A stretch of 32,000 nt of DNA from Candidatus Helarchaeota ASGARD archaeon Hel_GB_B (GTDB lineage: Archaea; Asgardarchaeota; Lokiarchaeia; Helarchaeales; HEL-GB-B). Of this stretch, positions 29,326 to 32,000 are shown in pieces. The stretch covers positions 1-32,000 of the forward strand of contig SUPR01000008.1 in NCBI GenBank assembly GCA_005191425.1. Reading direction: 5' to 3'. Each line of letters starts with the position of its first letter. Position 1 is the first letter of the stretch. The notes below the pieces were generated by a model that searched no databases, was not told where the DNA came from, and saw only the letters and a list, made by a program, of their open reading frames with translations. Position numbers and translations under genes: made by a program.

Positions 29326-30813
29326 ATGAAAAAATTAGTAGGGTGTGATAAATTGTTAGAAAGTAGTGAAAAACATGACATTATCAAGGAGAGCCTAATA
29401 AAAATTGTCGGAGAGCAATGGTATTCAGATTTTCCTGAAGAATTATTGATATATTCCTATGATATGACCGAAAATGACCCCAGTTTACCTGAATTTGTAG
29501 TAATGCCCAGGACTTCTGAAGAAATTCAGAAAATATTAAAATTTGCAAATGAAACTAAAACACCTGTCGTTCCATTTATTAGTGGAAATAATGTGGGCGG
29601 ACTTACAATACCTTTAAAGGGGGGAATTGTTGTAGATTTGAAACGAATGGACTCTATTTTACATTTTAATGAAGATGATATGTATGTCATAATAGAACCT
29701 GGTGTTACATTTGGTCATTTGCATGCTTTTTTGGAAAAAACTAATTATAGGTATTGTTATCCATTTGCACCGCCATTTACTTCTGTTATAGCAAATGCAC
29801 TTCTTGATGGACTGAATAATTTGAGTTTAAGACACGGAAGTATGAATGAATGGATAAATGGGATTGAAGCAATACTTCCAAATGGTGATTTAGTTAAAAT
29901 AGGAACTTGCTGTGCTTGGGGTGATAATTATGATTTATGGTGGAGTAGGAACCCCATGCCCGATCTTCTTGGTCTTTTTACCAGTTGGCAAGGTATGACT
30001 GGTATTGTCACGAAGATGGCAGTTCAAGTATGGCCTCGAAGACCAATTAGGGATTGGAGGATTGTTTTATCTTTTAATGTTGAAGAGACTTACAAATTTG
30101 TAAAGACTCTTACTCATTTAGAAATATTAAATGATATTCTTTTTATGTCAATTGAAACTGTAAAAATGATTGCTGGAGTACCATACGGTAAAGCCAAATA
30201 TTTAGAAGGGGAGCCTCGTTGGGTTTGTCTATTAGATTTTTCTGCAAATACTAAATTAGAATATGAAGCTAAATTAGATATGATTAATACTGCTTTTAAA
30301 AAATTAAAAGAGGTCGACCCAAAAGCTAATATGACTAATCTTGATGTAATGGAAAAGTTTTACGGAAAAAAAGTCGGTGATATAAAAAATTTACCTGTCA
30401 CGATTGGCCCAATGCTCGAATATGGCGGTCTAACATGGATGGGTACATATATGACAACAAAAACCGAAGCAGTCGTTAATGGAATAAAGACTGCCTTTGA
30501 TTTAATTGATAAATATAGATTTGAAAAATGCTTGTATTCTAGGTCTATGAAAGGGCATCATTATTTTGCATTTAGGTTTCTTTTACGTTTTTCTAAATTA
30601 CAAGAAGGAGAAACTGAACGTATGCAAAAATTACAAGAAGAGTTGTTTAATAGTTTGTTTGAACTTGGTGCATTTCCATATAAGACTCCTGCTCGGTTTG
30701 CAAAACAGATTTTAAAGCGAGCAGACCCAAATTGGGTTAATTTGCTAAAAACTATAAAAAGTACAATTGATCCAAATGGTATAATGAATCCAGGAAGATG
30801 GGGCTTAGAATGA
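29326..30813 (+). CDS. FAD-binding oxidoreductase (GlcD/VAO-PCMH flavoprotein family)
   Basis: PEFVVMPRT.EEIQ, P..SGNN.GG...P..GGIVVDLKRM, VIIEPGVT, G.E.ILPNGD, GIVTKM and K..IDPNGIMNPG. Confidence 0.88.
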   Translation: MKKLVGCDKLLESSEKHDIIKESLIKIVGEQWYSDFPEELLIYSYDMTENDPSLPEFVVMPRTSEEIQKILKFANETKTPVVPFISGNNVGGLTIPLKGGIVVDLKRMDSILHFNEDDMYVIIEPGVTFGHLHAFLEKTNYRYCYPFAPPFTSVIANALLDGLNNLSLRHGSMNEWINGIEAILPNGDLVKIGTCCAWGDNYDLWWSRNPMPDLLGLFTSWQGMTGIVTKMAVQVWPRRPIRDWRIVLSFNVEETYKFVKTLTHLEILNDILFMSIETVKMIAGVPYGKAKYLEGEPRWVCLLDFSANTKLEYEAKLDMINTAFKKLKEVDPKANMTNLDVMEKFYGKKVGDIKNLPVTIGPMLEYGGLTWMGTYMTTKTEAVVNGIKTAFDLIDKYRFEKCLYSRSMKGHHYFAFRFLLRFSKLQEGETERMQKLQEELFNSLFELGAFPYKTPARFAKQILKRADPNWVNLLKTIKSTIDPNGIMNPGRWGLE

Positions 30814-31979
30814 GTGAAACTGAAGCAATTAATAAATATGTTGAAGAAATATATTGTTGTACAAGATGTGGGACATGTAAATATATATATCAAGTTTATG
30901 ATCCATCATGTCCCGCAGGCGTAAAATTCCGGTTTGAAACTTTTTATCCAAGTGGTAAAATTCATATTGCTAGAGGACTAATTGAAGGTAAAATTGAATG
31001 GAGTGAGCGAATTCGTGATATAATTTTTGCTTGTCCAACTTGTGCAAACTGTACAATTCAATGTCAATCAAGGCATCATGCACAGATTGTCGAAATAATT
31101 GAAGCATTAAGAGCTGATGCTGTTAGTAAAGGATTTGGACCCCTGCCTAATCAAAAGGCATTTGCCGATTCGGTTAAAAAGGAACATAACCCTTACAAAG
31201 AAAAGCATAGCGATAGAATAAAATGGGCTAAAAATCTTGCCATCCCACAAAAAGACAAGGCTGAAATTTTGTATTTCGTTGGTTGTACTTCCTCATATAG
31301 ACAGCAATCCTTGGCTCAAAAAACAGTTGAAATATTAAATAAACTTGGAGTAGATTATATTGTTTCCAGTGATGAATGGTGTTGTGGTTCTCCTTTAATA
31401 AGGACTGGCCAATTAGAACAAGTATCTCAATTAATTAATCATAATTTAGATTTAATCAAAAGTCTAGGGGTAAAAACTGTCATTACTTCATGCGCTGGTT
31501 GCTATAGGACTTTAAAAATGGACTATCCTAAATATACCGATAAATTAGATGGAATTGAATTCCTCCACATTACAGAATTTCTACAGCAATTCATTTCTAA
31601 AAAGAAATTAAAATTTAAAAAAGGAAAAGAATTTAAAGTCACTTACCACGACCCTTGTCATTTAGGTCGCCATTCTAATATCTATGAAGAGCCAAGGGCA
31701 GTATTAAACGCAATTCCTGGACTGAAGCTCATTGAAATGCCTCGAAATAGAGAAAATGCTTGGTGTTGTGGAGCTGGCGGCGGTGTAAAGGCAGGATATA
31801 AAGAATGGGCGGTCGAAATCGCATCTGACAGAATCCATGAAGCAGAACAGATTAATGCTGAAATATTGACCAGTGCATGCCCTTTTTGCAAAACTAATCT
31901 CCAAGATGCTATTAATGAAACAAATTCTAACATAAAATTCATGGACATTGTAGAACTTTTAAACGAAGTGATTATATAA
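30810..31979 (+). CDS. Fe-S oxidoreductase with 4Fe-4S dicluster and CCG domains (GlcF/GlpC/HdrD family)
   Basis: CTRCGTC..CP, CPTCANCTIQC, EWCCGSP, SCAGCY, YHDPCHLGR, WCCGAGGG and ACPFC. ATGA overlap with the upstream stop puts the start at 30810. Confidence 0.92.
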   Translation: MSETEAINKYVEEIYCCTRCGTCKYIYQVYDPSCPAGVKFRFETFYPSGKIHIARGLIEGKIEWSERIRDIIFACPTCANCTIQCQSRHHAQIVEIIEALRADAVSKGFGPLPNQKAFADSVKKEHNPYKEKHSDRIKWAKNLAIPQKDKAEILYFVGCTSSYRQQSLAQKTVEILNKLGVDYIVSSDEWCCGSPLIRTGQLEQVSQLINHNLDLIKSLGVKTVITSCAGCYRTLKMDYPKYTDKLDGIEFLHITEFLQQFISKKKLKFKKGKEFKVTYHDPCHLGRHSNIYEEPRAVLNAIPGLKLIEMPRNRENAWCCGAGGGVKAGYKEWAVEIASDRIHEAEQINAEILTSACPFCKTNLQDAINETNSNIKFMDIVELLNEVII

Positions 31980-32000
31980 ATAATTTGACTCAATGCTTCT

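Noticed and set aside
2641-31993. Remaining short overlapping ORFs in the track (e.g. 2641, 5989, 6231, 6412, 6533, 9798, 11014, 13080, 19206, 21872, 23736, 27511, 30561, 31682)
   Set aside because: All lie antisense or out of frame within well-supported genes and show no motifs.

Overview
This is a very AT-rich archaeal chromosomal segment, most likely from an Asgard archaeon (Loki/Hel-type). That assignment is an inference from an archaeal histone with an Asgard-style L1 loop, AGGTG(A) Shine-Dalgarno motifs, TTG starts and expanded lipid/Fe-S oxidoreductase families. Most genes are metabolic or housekeeping: a partial and a complete 2-hydroxyacyl-CoA dehydratase-family subunit, histone, six-hairpin glycosidase, eIF2B-like protein, malic enzyme, acyl-CoA ligase, nadB, creatininase/ArfB-like protein, polyprenol kinase-like protein, FAD oxidoreductase, purE, DegT aminotransferase, gatCAB, a DMT transporter and a four-gene SCP2/SCP2/FAD-oxidase/Fe-S operon. 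I saw no tRNA, rRNA, CRISPR array or intact IS element. The best candidate for an undescribed system is the accessory island at about 15.0-18.5 kb. It carries an Rpn/YhgA-like PD-(D/E)xK nuclease with a 27-nt (9-aa) C-terminal tandem array and an in-frame internal AAGGTG+TTG start. That layout matches the bacterial RpnL/RpnS intragenic toxin-antitoxin defence architecture. An upstream 81-aa ORF resembles the repeat tail. Other oddities are a 5'-truncated IscU fused to a motif-dead thioredoxin-reductase NADP domain, a LURP/scramblase-fold protein and a perfect operator-like palindrome before the histone gene. All family calls are by-eye motif recognition; no searches were run.
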